Shown: positions 8,388 through 18,836, counted from the first letter of the stretch. The stretch is DNA of 46,174 bases from a bacterium (GCA_031362565.1 JANLSU010000011.1:1-46174), one strand, 5' to 3'. The notes: generated by a model not told the origin, from the sequence alone. A program made the numbers and translations.

Positions 8388-10526
8388 GTGCCGGCTTGGA
8401 TGCTGTCCTTCGTCTTCAACTTCGGCACCTGGCTGGTGAGCGGAGCGCCGCTCGCGGCGGTTGCGGCAACACCGGCGCTGCGACCGGTCACGCCCGCGTC
8501 TATTGCATCACACGCGTGGAACGTGCCGGCGCTCGTCTTCGTGTCGCGCCAACCGGCGCCGGCTGGGTCCGGACAGATCCCGGGCCTGGGGCCGCGCGGC
8601 CGCGCCCTCGCGACCGGTGGCCGGCTTCTGATTCGCGACGGCAACGGCCGGGTGCGTCCGGTGCTTCCCGAGGCCCGCTTCTTCGACGTCAGCGATCCGT
8701 GTGTGTCGTGGGACGGCAAACGCATCGCGTTCGCCGCCACCACCGCGCCGGACAGTGCGTGGCGCATTTGGATCGTCAGCGCCGACGGCAGCGGCCTCGC
8801 CGCGGCGACGCGGAGCGATCGCGGCGGGGACCTGCGCCGTGCCCGCCTCGATGCGCGGCGTTTCGCGCGCTATGACGACCTCGATCCCTGCTGGCTCGCC
8901 GACGACCGGATCGCATTTGCCAGCACACGTTTTCCGCAGCGTGCCCAAGCCGGCGACCTGCCGGTCACGAATCTGTTCGTCACCGTGCCCGGTGGTGCAA
9001 GTCCGAATCGCATCACCGCCGAACGTAACGGCGGTGAGGAGTTGACGCTCGATCCGCCGACCGGCCGCATCGTATACGCGCGTTGGTGGTTCAATCGCTT
9101 TCTGCCGAGCGACGAACCGGCGGCGGCTGGCTTGCCGCGCGGCATCACGCTCGAGCGCGCCCATGCGGTGCCGCAGGACACGATCAATCTATGGACGGCG
9201 GGGATCATCCATCCGGATGGCGACGCCTTGAAGCTCGCCGCCGGGGATGCGCATGCGCACGCAACGATGCGGGCCTATCAGCCGACGGTGCTGCCGGATG
9301 GTTCGGTCGTCGGCGTGTGGGCGCGCGAAGCGTCGATGGACCCGGCGCCGGGCTTCGTCGGCCTGCAGCATTTCGCGGCCGGCGTCGGACCGGCGCGCTA
9401 CTTGACCGGCCCGGGAACGGCGTTGCCGGCAGCCGCCTGTGCGCCGGTCGCGCTTGCCGATGGACGCCTGGTGTTTGCAATGGACGTGCAAGGCCACGGC
9501 GACTTCGGACTGTATTTGGCCGATGCCGATGGGCGTCGCGCCGCGCGCATCATCGACCTGCCGGGCAGCCTCGAACTGGATGCGGCGGTGCTGGCACCCA
9601 GGCGGCGGCCGCCGGTGCCGCTCGAGGAATCGATCGGCCTGCGTACCGCGGACTTGCCGAATGTCGACCCACGCCAGCTCGCCGACAGCAGCTACACGTT
9701 CCGTTTCGACTGTCTGAACGTCTTCACGAATGCGGCGGTGGATGCCGCGATTCCTGACGCCTTGCCGATCCAGCAGGGCTTGCGCATTCGATTTTACGCG
9801 CCGCTTGCCAGGCCCGAGGCCGTGGGCGGCGACAGCTTGATCCTGCTGCGCGAGGTCCCGGTGGACGAAAGCGGCGCCGTCCACGTCGACGACATCATCG
9901 CCGAGACACCGATTTTCGAGCAGCTCGTCGGACCCGACGGGCACATCCTGCGGTCGACGCGCGGGGCGGCCCACGTGGCCGGGATGAATTTTTCGCGGAT
10001 GGGTTCGGGGACCAAGTGCGTCGGGTGCCACACCGGGCACTCCGTGATCCCGGCGGCGCCGAACAACTGGCTGGCAAAGTGGTTCAACACCGCACCGTCT
10101 GCGGAGGTCTGGGCGTCGAGCGTCGGCGCCGGCCAGGCCCGGAACCTGGTGGACCGCCGTACCCGAGGTCCGGCCCCGGAGGTCGCCTGGGTCGCCCAGG
10201 GGAAACAAGCGGAGCGCGTCCGGCTCGCCTGGAACCGCATCATTGAAGTTCGGGCCCTGGTGATTTACGCTTTGCGTTCAGATCTCTCTGCGGGCACACA
10301 ACTTCGGGTCGATGGGACCGATTTGGTCTTCCGGCGCGCTGGACAGACGGTCAAGCAACTGTCGGTTCGCCGCCGCCTTCGCCCGAACGGCACCCGGATC
10401 GAATTCGAACCGGTGCGGGTGGACGCAATCGAGATCATGCCGACTCGCGTGACCGGAATCGCCTTGCATCGGCCGGTGGTCGCGCTTGCAGAGATCGAAA
10501 CCGTCGCACGACTGCTCGAAGACTGA
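8388..10526 (+). CDS. Hydrazine synthase alpha-like protein: TolB/PD40 propeller, HzsA-like middle domain, one CxxCH, C-terminal beta-sandwich
   Basis: DVSDPCVSWDGKRIAFA and YDDLDPCWLADDRIAFASTR propeller repeats; EVPVDESG..AETPIFEQLVGPDG followed by CVGCH (10017-10031). GAGGAG RBS before GTG; hydrophobic N-terminus. Confidence 0.65.
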   Translation: MPAWMLSFVFNFGTWLVSGAPLAAVAATPALRPVTPASIASHAWNVPALVFVSRQPAPAGSGQIPGLGPRGRALATGGRLLIRDGNGRVRPVLPEARFFDVSDPCVSWDGKRIAFAATTAPDSAWRIWIVSADGSGLAAATRSDRGGDLRRARLDARRFARYDDLDPCWLADDRIAFASTRFPQRAQAGDLPVTNLFVTVPGGASPNRITAERNGGEELTLDPPTGRIVYARWWFNRFLPSDEPAAAGLPRGITLERAHAVPQDTINLWTAGIIHPDGDALKLAAGDAHAHATMRAYQPTVLPDGSVVGVWAREASMDPAPGFVGLQHFAAGVGPARYLTGPGTALPAAACAPVALADGRLVFAMDVQGHGDFGLYLADADGRRAARIIDLPGSLELDAAVLAPRRRPPVPLEESIGLRTADLPNVDPRQLADSSYTFRFDCLNVFTNAAVDAAIPDALPIQQGLRIRFYAPLARPEAVGGDSLILLREVPVDESGAVHVDDIIAETPIFEQLVGPDGHILRSTRGAAHVAGMNFSRMGSGTKCVGCHTGHSVIPAAPNNWLAKWFNTAPSAEVWASSVGAGQARNLVDRRTRGPAPEVAWVAQGKQAERVRLAWNRIIEVRALVIYALRSDLSAGTQLRVDGTDLVFRRAGQTVKQLSVRRRLRPNGTRIEFEPVRVDAIEIMPTRVTGIALHRPVVALAEIETVARLLED

Positions 10527-10587
10527 ACACCGCCCCCACACGGCCCCTGGTGTTCGAGCCTTCGAGATTCTTTTCGGGAGGACGCAA

Positions 10588-13500
10588 ATGAAGAGACCGT
10601 TCCTTGAATCGGCCGCCTTCGTCTTGGCGGTTGGGTGCTTCACGGGTGCAGCATCGGCCCAGGGTTTTCAAGCGGTCTATTCGAAGGACGGAACGGATGT
10701 GTGGGCGGTCGGCGATGCCGGCCTCGCGCATCGGTCGTTCGACGGCGGCGCCAGTTGGACGGCGCAGAACATCGGTGCCAAGCCGTTGCACGGTGTCGCC
10801 CAACAGGGCCTCACCGTGGTCCTGATCAGTGACGACGGCGAAGTGCGTCGCAGCACGAACAATGGCGGCACGTTCGCACTGCAAACGCTGCCGGGGGCGC
10901 CGCACCTGCGCGCCATCGAGATGGCGGATGCATCGAACGGTTGGATCGTCGGCGACGGCGGCAACATTTTTGTGACGGCGGACGGCGGCGCCACCTGGTC
11001 GCCGCAGACCTCGGGTACAGCACAGCGGCTGAACTCGGTGCGCTTCCGCAGCACGACCGAAGGCTGGGCCGTCGGCGCCGCAGGAACGGTTCTGTATACG
11101 ACCAACGGCGGTCTCAATTGGAGCCCGGTCGTGACGGGCGCCACCGCCAACCTGCGCTCGGTCGACTACGCCGGCACCGCAGTCTGGGTCGTGGGAGACG
11201 ACGGCATCGCGGTCAAGTCGCCCGATGGCGCCGTTTGGACTGCCGTCAACTTGAAGCTCGACGCCAAGTCCGATGTCACCGGCGTGTGGATGGAATCGGC
11301 GAACAACTTGGTTCTGACCGGCGGCGGCGGCTTCCTGCGCAAGACGACCGATGGCGGCACCACGTGGACGTTCCAGAAGAACCCGGTGCTCGCCGAAACG
11401 TCGGATCTCTTCTATCTAAACGGCGGCACCAAGGGCTGGGCGACGCACACCAAGACCAAGGCGGTCGTGCGCACCACCGACAGCGGTGCCACCTGGACCT
11501 ACAGCGGATCGGGTACACGGAGCTGGGTTTCAAAACTCACGGTTCCCGGCGGTTCGGTGCGCGGCAACACGCTGCACATGAGCCACGTCAACAAGAACAC
11601 CTACTATGTGGCGCTCTCGACCCGCGTCTACAGGAGTACGGATCGGGGCGAGACCTGGGCCCAGATCTCGACGATCACCGGCAGCGGCTCGAAGGCGAAC
11701 GCCTTCTATGTGCATCCGCAGGACGACAACAAGATGGTGGTCGCCATCGGCGCGCCGGACCGCATCATGCGCACGACGGACGGCGGCGCCAACTGGACGC
11801 AAACGCTGGCGGTGGATTTCACCGAATACGGTGTGCCGCTCGAGATGAACCAGGATGTGCCGAACGACTTGTACTTCGGCCCCGAAGACGGCAAGCTCTA
11901 CATCTCGCATGACTTCGGCGCCACGTGGTCGACCCTGTCGACACCGGGTTTCCGCAGCCCCTGCGACATCCAGGTCGTGCAGGACAACAACAACATCATT
12001 TGGGTCGGTGACGGCGTCACGGGCGTCGGCTCGAGCGACATGTTCCGCTCGACGGACGGCGGCCTCACGTTCACCAAGCTCTACAGCGGGCCGTCGTCGG
12101 AGATCCCGATGATCTCGTCGCCACACCTCAATCCATCGCTGGGACTGGCGACGCATTGGAGTGGGGGCGGCGTCGATCGGACGACGAACTTGGGTGCCAA
12201 CTGGGCACAGGTCAGCTCGGTAGGTTCCGCCTGGGGCTGCGATTTCGCGAAGGACGACCCGAATGTCGTGACCTTCGGTGTGTACAGCGGCGGGGTCAAC
12301 TATATCTCGCTGGACGCCGGCGCGACGGGCACGTACCAATCGACATCGCTCGGCGGTACGAACTACGCCTACTACGCCGTCGACCGCGCCACGATGCTGG
12401 CGATGCAAGCGTCCGCCATCTACAAGATGACGAACACCTACACGGTGACGCCCAACAACACGCAGGCCCTCACGGTCGCGGCGCCGAATGGCGGCGAAGT
12501 GTGGACGGCCGGCGAATCGCGTAACATCGCCTGGACCGGCACCAACCTCGGGCTCGTGAAGATCGAGTACCGGCCCGATGGAGCGACGGCCTGGCAACAG
12601 GTGACGCTCGTCGAGGGCTACCTGGGCACCTACAACTGGACGGTGCCGTCGAACAACACGGTGACGGCTGAAATCCGCATCAGTGACGCGTGGGACGCTG
12701 CACCGATCGACGGCTCGAACTCGACGTTCACGATTCATGCTCCGGTGGTGGCGGCCGCGGCGCCGTCGCTCGACTTCGGGCAGCATGCGGTCGGCACGTT
12801 GAACACGAGCCAAGTGACCGTGCAGAATACCGGCACGGCCACGTTCAACGGCACGGTCGGGGTCACGGGCGACGGGTTCACGCTGCTCTCGAGCCCCGTC
12901 CTGTCGCTCGCCGCGTCGACGTCGGCAAATCTCGATGTGCAGTTCGCACCGGTTGCGGCACAGGTCTATGCCGGCGGGTTCAGCGTCACCGGCAACGCAC
13001 CGGCCGTGAACGTGACTCTGGGTGGCGAGGGCACACAAGCCGCCGCGCTGCAGATCGACGTTCCGAATGGTGGCGAGGCCTGGCAGTACGCGTCGTCGCA
13101 GAACATTCAGTGGTCGAGCGTGATCGTCGGCCAGGTGCGCATCGAGTACCAGACGACGACGGCCGGGCCGTGGACCTTGATCGCCGACGATGTTCCCGCC
13201 ACGCCGAACACTTACGCGTGGACGATCCCGAATACGCCGTCGAACACCGCCCGGGTGCGCGTCAGCCAAGTGGGCGGCGGGCTCGTGGACGCGAGCGACA
13301 ACGACTTCACGCTCGGCGTGCCGTTCTTCTCGGCGTCGACCTCGGAAATCGACTTCGGCCTCATCAACGCCGGCTCGACGGCAACGCAAACGCTCACGGT
13401 CTCCAACCCGGGCAACGCGCCGCTGACGATTTCGTCGGTCACCGACGACAGTTCGGTCTTCGACGCGACACCGACATCCATCGTCATTGCGCCGCTCGCC

Positions 13501-13941
13501 AACACCAATTTCGACGTGCACTACTCGCCGGCGGCGCCGGGGACGGACAGCGGAACCATGACCTTCGTGGACGATGCGCCGGGATCGCCGCACGTGATCA
13601 TCATGAACGGTCAAGCCGAGGTCCCAAGTGACGCCGGGGACTTCCCGACGACCTATGCGCTCGACCAGAACGGGCCGAACCCGTTCCAGGGCCAGACGCT
13701 CATTCGCTATCGCCTGCCGCAAACGAGCCAGGTGTCACTCGAGGTGTTCGACCTCCAGGGCCGGCGCGTTGCGACGCTGGTGGAGAGCGAACAGGGACGG
13801 GGTTCCTACGCGATTCCGTTCGGCAGTGGGCTGGCCACCGCCGCCGGGAGCCGCATCGGCAACCTCGCGAACGGTGTGTACTTCGTGCGTCTACAGGCCG
13901 GCACGTTCTCGAAGACTGCCAAGCTCGTACTGGCACGCTGA
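10588..13941 (+). CDS. Large secreted Ycf48/BNR beta-propeller protein with Ig-like (PNGGE) and ASH/choice-of-anchor-D domains and a T9SS/FlgD-like C-terminal domain (1117 aa)
   Basis: ATG 10588 after GGAGG; signal peptide; many S/T-x-D-G-G-x-T-W repeats; two PNGGE domains; two DFG..V.N.G.A repeats; terminal QNGPNPF..FDLQGRRVATL..NGVYFVRL..KLVLAR. Confidence 0.88.
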   Translation: MKRPFLESAAFVLAVGCFTGAASAQGFQAVYSKDGTDVWAVGDAGLAHRSFDGGASWTAQNIGAKPLHGVAQQGLTVVLISDDGEVRRSTNNGGTFALQTLPGAPHLRAIEMADASNGWIVGDGGNIFVTADGGATWSPQTSGTAQRLNSVRFRSTTEGWAVGAAGTVLYTTNGGLNWSPVVTGATANLRSVDYAGTAVWVVGDDGIAVKSPDGAVWTAVNLKLDAKSDVTGVWMESANNLVLTGGGGFLRKTTDGGTTWTFQKNPVLAETSDLFYLNGGTKGWATHTKTKAVVRTTDSGATWTYSGSGTRSWVSKLTVPGGSVRGNTLHMSHVNKNTYYVALSTRVYRSTDRGETWAQISTITGSGSKANAFYVHPQDDNKMVVAIGAPDRIMRTTDGGANWTQTLAVDFTEYGVPLEMNQDVPNDLYFGPEDGKLYISHDFGATWSTLSTPGFRSPCDIQVVQDNNNIIWVGDGVTGVGSSDMFRSTDGGLTFTKLYSGPSSEIPMISSPHLNPSLGLATHWSGGGVDRTTNLGANWAQVSSVGSAWGCDFAKDDPNVVTFGVYSGGVNYISLDAGATGTYQSTSLGGTNYAYYAVDRATMLAMQASAIYKMTNTYTVTPNNTQALTVAAPNGGEVWTAGESRNIAWTGTNLGLVKIEYRPDGATAWQQVTLVEGYLGTYNWTVPSNNTVTAEIRISDAWDAAPIDGSNSTFTIHAPVVAAAAPSLDFGQHAVGTLNTSQVTVQNTGTATFNGTVGVTGDGFTLLSSPVLSLAASTSANLDVQFAPVAAQVYAGGFSVTGNAPAVNVTLGGEGTQAAALQIDVPNGGEAWQYASSQNIQWSSVIVGQVRIEYQTTTAGPWTLIADDVPATPNTYAWTIPNTPSNTARVRVSQVGGGLVDASDNDFTLGVPFFSASTSEIDFGLINAGSTATQTLTVSNPGNAPLTISSVTDDSSVFDATPTSIVIAPLANTNFDVHYSPAAPGTDSGTMTFVDDAPGSPHVIIMNGQAEVPSDAGDFPTTYALDQNGPNPFQGQTLIRYRLPQTSQVSLEVFDLQGRRVATLVESEQGRGSYAIPFGSGLATAAGSRIGNLANGVYFVRLQAGTFSKTAKLVLAR

Positions 13942-13970
13942 CAGCTGCGGAGCAGGTTCGATTCTCGAAG

Positions 13971-14004
13971 GCGCGCGGTGTAGAAATACACCGCGCGCTT
14001 TTTT
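13971..14004 (+). terminator. Rho-independent terminator
   Basis: GCGCGCGGTGTA-GAAA-TACACCGCGCGC (perfect 12-bp stem) followed by TTTTTT, about 30 bp after the Ycf48-like gene stop. Confidence 0.92.
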
Positions 14005-14064
14005 GTCGCTGCCGGAATCGAGCGTCGAGATTTGCAGTGCCGCGGGCCGCCCCAAAAGCGCCCA

Positions 14065-15321
14065 TCAGCCGCCGGCCGCCGCCGCTTCGCCAGCTTTGCG
14101 GCCGCTGACCCACGCCCAAAGAAAGTTGTACCCGCCCAGGCGCCCCACGACGTCGAGGATTTCTCCACAGGCGTAGAGCCCCGGCACCGCACGGCACTCG
14201 AGCGTTCGTGGGCTGACTTCGCCAAGCGCCAGCCCACCGCCCGTCACCTCGGCCGTCGCGTAGCCTTCGCTCCCCGTGGCGGGCAGTGGATAGTCGGTAA
14301 GCGCCGCGAGCAGCCGCCGCCGTTCATCGCGCGCCAATTCGTGTTCGCGCCGGTCGCGTGAGACGTTCGCGAGCTCGAGGAGCGTCGCGATGAGCCGTTC
14401 GGGCAAGAATTCGTGCAAGACGGTCGAGACGAGGCGTTTGCGTGCGGCGCGGAGCACCGGCTCCCAATCCGCCACCCCACCCCAACACGCCCGCAACTGC
14501 ACACCCTCCGCGCCCGGAGCCGTAAGATGCCGGCTCATATCGAGCACCACCGGGCCGCTGAATCCCCGGTGCGTGAACAGCATGTCGCGTTCGCGTTCTT
14601 CCAGCACCCGGTCGCCGCGCGTCGCACGCAAGCGGGCGCGCACTGCAAGCCCCGTGAGGGCCGTCCAGCGTGCATCGTCCGTCGTGAGCGGCACGAGCGC
14701 CGGGTAGGTTGGCTCGCTGCCGATCCCCAACGCGCGCGCCATCTCGAGTCCACCACCGTCGCTGCCGCTCTTGGGAAGCGACAACCCGCCCGAAGCGAGT
14801 ACGAGCCGGCGGCCATCGAGCGTCCGCCCATCCGCCGCAGTCACCCGCCACGACGGCACCACAGGGTTCGGCCCGGCGCCGGCACCGCCGCCGGCGACGC
14901 GCTCGAGCCCCACAACCCGAAACCCGCACACCAGTTCGGCACCCGCCTGGGCACAAGCAGCCAACAAGGCTTCGACGACATCGAGTGACCGGCTGCTACA
15001 CGGAAACACTTTGCCGGTCGCTTCGGTCTCGAGGGGTATCCCCAAGTCCGTTTCGAAAAACGCCCGCACCTCGTCCAGCGGCCACGAAAAGAGCACGTTG
15101 CGAAGCGCATTGCGTGAACCGCTCGTATGAAAATCGTCGAGCGCCATCACCGACGGCAGCACGTTGCAACGCCCACCACCACTGACGCGAATCTTGGCAC
15201 CCGGCTTCGGCCGCGTTTCGACCACGACGACACGCGCCCCGCCGCGGGCCGCAAAAAGCGCCGCGCAGAGCCCCGCCGCGCCGGCGCCCACAACGATCAC
15301 ATCGTGCCCTCGCTCGCTCAC
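14065..15321 (-). CDS. BaiN/HI0933-family (aminoacetone oxidase-like) FAD-dependent oxidoreductase
   Basis: VVGAGAAGL, KIRVSGGGRCN, GKVFP, ASGGLSLP..GSDGGG, LFTHRGFSGP, AEVTGGG, GEILDVVGRLGGYNFLWAW. GTG 15321 has a GGAGG RBS. Confidence 0.9.
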   Translation of the reverse strand: MSERGHDVIVVGAGAAGLCAALFAARGGARVVVVETRPKPGAKIRVSGGGRCNVLPSVMALDDFHTSGSRNALRNVLFSWPLDEVRAFFETDLGIPLETEATGKVFPCSSRSLDVVEALLAACAQAGAELVCGFRVVGLERVAGGGAGAGPNPVVPSWRVTAADGRTLDGRRLVLASGGLSLPKSGSDGGGLEMARALGIGSEPTYPALVPLTTDDARWTALTGLAVRARLRATRGDRVLEERERDMLFTHRGFSGPVVLDMSRHLTAPGAEGVQLRACWGGVADWEPVLRAARKRLVSTVLHEFLPERLIATLLELANVSRDRREHELARDERRRLLAALTDYPLPATGSEGYATAEVTGGGLALGEVSPRTLECRAVPGLYACGEILDVVGRLGGYNFLWAWVSGRKAGEAAAAGG

Positions 15322-15538
15322 GCGATCCTCCGCAGCTGCCAGCCGGCCCTTCGAATGCTCGGCCATCGAATGTGAAGGATCGAGATCGCCTTGGCAACCT
15401 CGTACCACCCCGCCAAGCCCGTGCCTGGCGCCTACTTATCTTGCGGATCGCTCGTTCTGGAACGAGTTTTTTCCGCTGTCGCCGATTCAAAAGTCGCGTT
15501 CAAGCCGGAAGCCGCCGGCTCGCGAGCTCGCAGTGCCG

Positions 15539-15662
15539 GACGGATAACGTCGGGACAGTGATTTTGAGCCGTTGGTCGGGTGCGCCGATCCCAAGAATCC
15601 CGCCGATGGAGAACATCTGCGCTGCGACCTCGAATCATTCGACGGATTACATCGGGACAGTG
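15539..15662. repeat. Pair of 22-bp direct repeats in a long intergenic region
   Basis: gacggataacgtcgggacagtg (15539-15560) and gacggattacatcgggacagtg (15641-15662); 20/22 identical, period 102 bp. Confidence 0.75.
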
Positions 15663-16002
15663 GCCACTGGCTGTTTCAAGTGCGTCGCCTTCCCGAACAC
15701 GCGAGGTTTGGCCGCACGCCTCGGGCCCGGAAGCTCGGCTCGCGACGTGATGCAACACACGTCGCGCCGCGAAGGGTCTCCGGCTTGGGGGCCTGCATTG
15801 TCAAAGAACACACTGGCGCTCGGCGGCGCCGGTGGGAAATGATCGGAATGGATCTCGCAATCGGCGGGCCAATGGATCGTTCGCAGGAACGTGGCTCTAC
15901 GGCCGGATTTCCGAAACTTGCCGCGCTCCGTTCGACAACGAGTGGGGCGGAGCACTGTCGTGATCGTTGACACCGGCCCCGAGCGCACCCCTGCCGTCGC
16001 CC

Positions 16003-17379
16003 TCACAACGACGCAGTCCGGCGGCGTTCGCGCTCCGCGTCCCAGTCCGCTGCGATCCGGTCGACCTCGTCGGCCAACGCCGCGCGGCGGGCCAGGAGCG
16101 CGGACGCAATCCCCGGCCGTGCCGCGGCCCGCAGGCGAAACAAGATTTCGACCCGAAACTCATCCGAGTGTTCGCGGCCGTAGAGACACACGATCCCCAC
16201 GACGGGTAGGAGGAGAGCGGCGGCGAACGCCCCGCCCGGCCCGGCGCGATGGGCGGCGAGCGCGATCCAGGCGGCGTACGCGAGCGGAAAGGCCACCAGT
16301 GCCGTCAACAACTTGACGGTGACGATCGCCTCGTACGCCGGACGGAGAATGCGCACCATGACTCGCGGCAGAAAAAACGGTACGTACCACGCGATAACAC
16401 CCGCCGCGACGACCGGCAATGCAATCAACGCCACCAAAGCGTCGGCACCCACGAGCCGCAGTGTTTCGCGCCGCGAAAGTTGCGCCGGCAATTCTGCGTC
16501 CTCGAGGCCCAGACGCAGCAACCGCTTCTGGTGTGCGCGCACGCCGCGGCGCAACTGCTCGAGCCGTGCGGGGTCGTGGGCTCCCAACCACGCCATGCCG
16601 GCGGCGAACAACTGCAAGCGCGGCAACCGATGCGCAAGATCCGCCACCTTGTGCGCCCGGTCCAAGCCGCGCTCCGCCGCGTAGAGCGATTCTGCGGCAT
16701 GCAAGAGCGGTTCGTTGTCGCGGCCGCTGAAATTCAGCACCACGGCTTCGATGCCGGCGGCGATCGCGGCGGTCGCATCACGCGCTGCAGCCACCGGGTC
16801 GATCGCATACGCACTGCGCCACGCCGCAACATCGATTGCGTCGCCAATGTACGCCGCCGCCTCGCCACGAAATGTCGTCTTGCGCCGGTACGTGAGCCCC
16901 ACGGGCACGACTTGCAAACCCAACGTCCAATTGGCACCCGACTCCGCCCGCAGCGCGATGCGCGCCGCGCCGGTCCGCAGCGGCGCAACTTCCGGCTCCG
17001 AATGGCTCGTGCCTTCGGGGAAGATGAGAACCGCTTCGCCGCCGACGAGCGCGGCGATCGCAGCGTCGAAAGTCGCTTCGTTGCGACCCACGAGTTGCGG
17101 GTCGTCCTGCGGACGGTACACCGGCAGGCCGCCGAGTTCGCGCAGCACCTGGCCAATGATGGGCCGTTCGAAAAGCGGCGCGCGCGCCAGCGGATGCACG
17201 CGCCGCCCGGCGATGCAAAAGACGACCAGCGCATCGACGATGCTGTTGGGGTGATTTGCGACCACGAGCACTGGGCCCGCGGGCAATTCGGGCCCGATAC
17301 GGCTCACGTCATAGAAGAGGCGCGTCGCGAGCAGCGCGGCGCGCTCGACGAGCCGGGTTCCGGCGCGAATCAAGACCAT
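16003..17379 (-). CDS. PlsC-type lysophospholipid/glycerolipid acyltransferase with C-terminal membrane domain
   Basis: NHPNSIVD (HX4D), PVYRPQD, IFPEGTSH, LRTGAARIA, VPVGLTY; C-terminal TM helices; GGGGAG RBS before ATG 17379. Confidence 0.88.
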   Translation of the reverse strand: MVLIRAGTRLVERAALLATRLFYDVSRIGPELPAGPVLVVANHPNSIVDALVVFCIAGRRVHPLARAPLFERPIIGQVLRELGGLPVYRPQDDPQLVGRNEATFDAAIAALVGGEAVLIFPEGTSHSEPEVAPLRTGAARIALRAESGANWTLGLQVVPVGLTYRRKTTFRGEAAAYIGDAIDVAAWRSAYAIDPVAAARDATAAIAAGIEAVVLNFSGRDNEPLLHAAESLYAAERGLDRAHKVADLAHRLPRLQLFAAGMAWLGAHDPARLEQLRRGVRAHQKRLLRLGLEDAELPAQLSRRETLRLVGADALVALIALPVVAAGVIAWYVPFFLPRVMVRILRPAYEAIVTVKLLTALVAFPLAYAAWIALAAHRAGPGGAFAAALLLPVVGIVCLYGREHSDEFRVEILFRLRAAARPGIASALLARRAALADEVDRIAADWDAERERRRTASL

Positions 17380-17477
17380 CGAACTCTCCCCGCAGCGAGC
17401 GGCTTGACGATGATGCCGCACGGCGCCACGCTATGCGAGTCCTCGTCGAGTCCGAGTCCAATGCCCGAGGAGGCGCC

Positions 17478-18836
17478 GTGCTGCCTGGAAGACTCCGCCG
17501 GCTCGGATGGATCACCGCGGCGGCGCTGGCCCTGAACCTGGTTGGCGACGCCATCGGGCTCGCCCAAACCAGCGACTCACTCCTCCTGACAGGGGCGCGC
17601 GTTCTCGATGCGCGCGGCGAACACTGGCTCGACGGCAACGCCGTGCTCTTGGCCGGCGGCCACATCGCCCGCATCGCACCCGAGAACGAGATGGAGGCGG
17701 CGGCACGCCGCGCGCCGCGCATCGATCTCGCGGGGCTCGCACTCGTGCCCGGGCTCATCGATCTGCACACGCATTTGCTCTTGCATCCGTACGACGAGAC
17801 CCCGTGGGATGACCAAGTCCTCAAGGAGTCGCTCGAGTTGCGCACCGTGCGCGCCACCGTCGCGGCACGCGTCACACTCGCCGCCGGCTTCACGACAATT
17901 CGCGAACTCGGCACCGAGGGCGCCGGCTTCGCCGATGTGTCGCTCCGCGACGCGATCGCGAACCGCATGATTCCGGGGCCGCGCATCTTCGCCGCGACCC
18001 GCGCGATTGTGGCGAGCGGCTGCTATGGCCCGTCCGGCTTCGATCCGCGCTGGACGGTCCCCAAGGGCGCGCAGGAGGCCGACGGCGTCGACGGCGTGCG
18101 GCGCGCAGTCCGCGAGCAGATCGCTGCCGGCGCCGACTGGGTCAAGGTGTACGCCGACTACCGGCGGGCCAAGGGCATGCCGGCCACACCGACGTTTTCG
18201 CAAGCCGAACTCGATGCCATCGTCGATGAAGCGCGCAGCGCGGGACTTCCCGTGGCGGTGCACGCGGCGACCGACGAGGGCATGCGGCGCGCCGTGCGCG
18301 CCGGCGTCACGACCATCGAACACGGATATGGCGCGTCCGATGAAACCCTGCGGGCGATGCGCGAACATGGAATCGTGCTCTGCCCGACTCTCGCCGCGAA
18401 CGAGGCCGTAGTGCATTATGCAGGCTGGAAACTGGGGCAACCGGAACCGCCGCGCTTGCGCGATGGCCGCGATACGTTCCAGCGCGCGCTCCGCGCCGGC
18501 GTGACGATTGCCTGCGGTAGCGACGCTGGAGTCTTCGCCCATGGCGACAACGCGCGCGAGATCGAACTCATGGTAGCCTACGGCATGAAGCCGGTGGACG
18601 CCCTGCGCGCCGCGACGGCAACTGCGGCGCACGTGCTGGGGCGCGGTACGGATCTAGGACGGGTCGAGGCCGGTTGCGTGGCCGATCTCATCGCGGTCGA
18701 GGGCGACCCACTCGTGGATCCCGCGGCCTTGCGGCGCGTCCGTGTGGTGTTGCAGGCCGGGCGTGTCGCCGCCGACCAACGAACGACTCTGGGGCGGCGC
18801 GGCGCCGGAGATATTCCGACCAGCGTGCAGCGCTGA
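17478..18836 (+). CDS. Exported metal-dependent amidohydrolase (Xaa-Pro dipeptidase/imidazolonepropionase-like)
   Basis: PGLIDLHTH, GFTTIRELG, GADWVKVY, VAVHA, TIEHG, GSDAG, ADLIAVEGDP. Start is either GTG 17478 (GAGGAGG RBS) or ATG 17433; signal peptide present. Confidence 0.88.
   Translation: MLPGRLRRLGWITAAALALNLVGDAIGLAQTSDSLLLTGARVLDARGEHWLDGNAVLLAGGHIARIAPENEMEAAARRAPRIDLAGLALVPGLIDLHTHLLLHPYDETPWDDQVLKESLELRTVRATVAARVTLAAGFTTIRELGTEGAGFADVSLRDAIANRMIPGPRIFAATRAIVASGCYGPSGFDPRWTVPKGAQEADGVDGVRRAVREQIAAGADWVKVYADYRRAKGMPATPTFSQAELDAIVDEARSAGLPVAVHAATDEGMRRAVRAGVTTIEHGYGASDETLRAMREHGIVLCPTLAANEAVVHYAGWKLGQPEPPRLRDGRDTFQRALRAGVTIACGSDAGVFAHGDNAREIELMVAYGMKPVDALRAATATAAHVLGRGTDLGRVEAGCVADLIAVEGDPLVDPAALRRVRVVLQAGRVAADQRTTLGRRGAGDIPTSVQR

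Noticed and set aside
8388..10526. Anammox hydrazine synthase / anammox metabolism
   Set aside because: Only one CxxCH, a different C-terminal domain, and no hzsB/hzsC/hao neighbours.
11530..13722. Long antisense or alternative-frame ORFs (e.g. 11530-13722, 2118-4244, 3962-5647, 30032-31300, 36489-37868)
   Set aside because: Arg/Ala/Gly-rich shadow ORFs opposite well-supported genes, as expected from high-GC codon bias; no recognisable motifs.
15539..15662. CRISPR array
   Set aside because: Only two repeat units, an 80-bp spacer and no cas genes.
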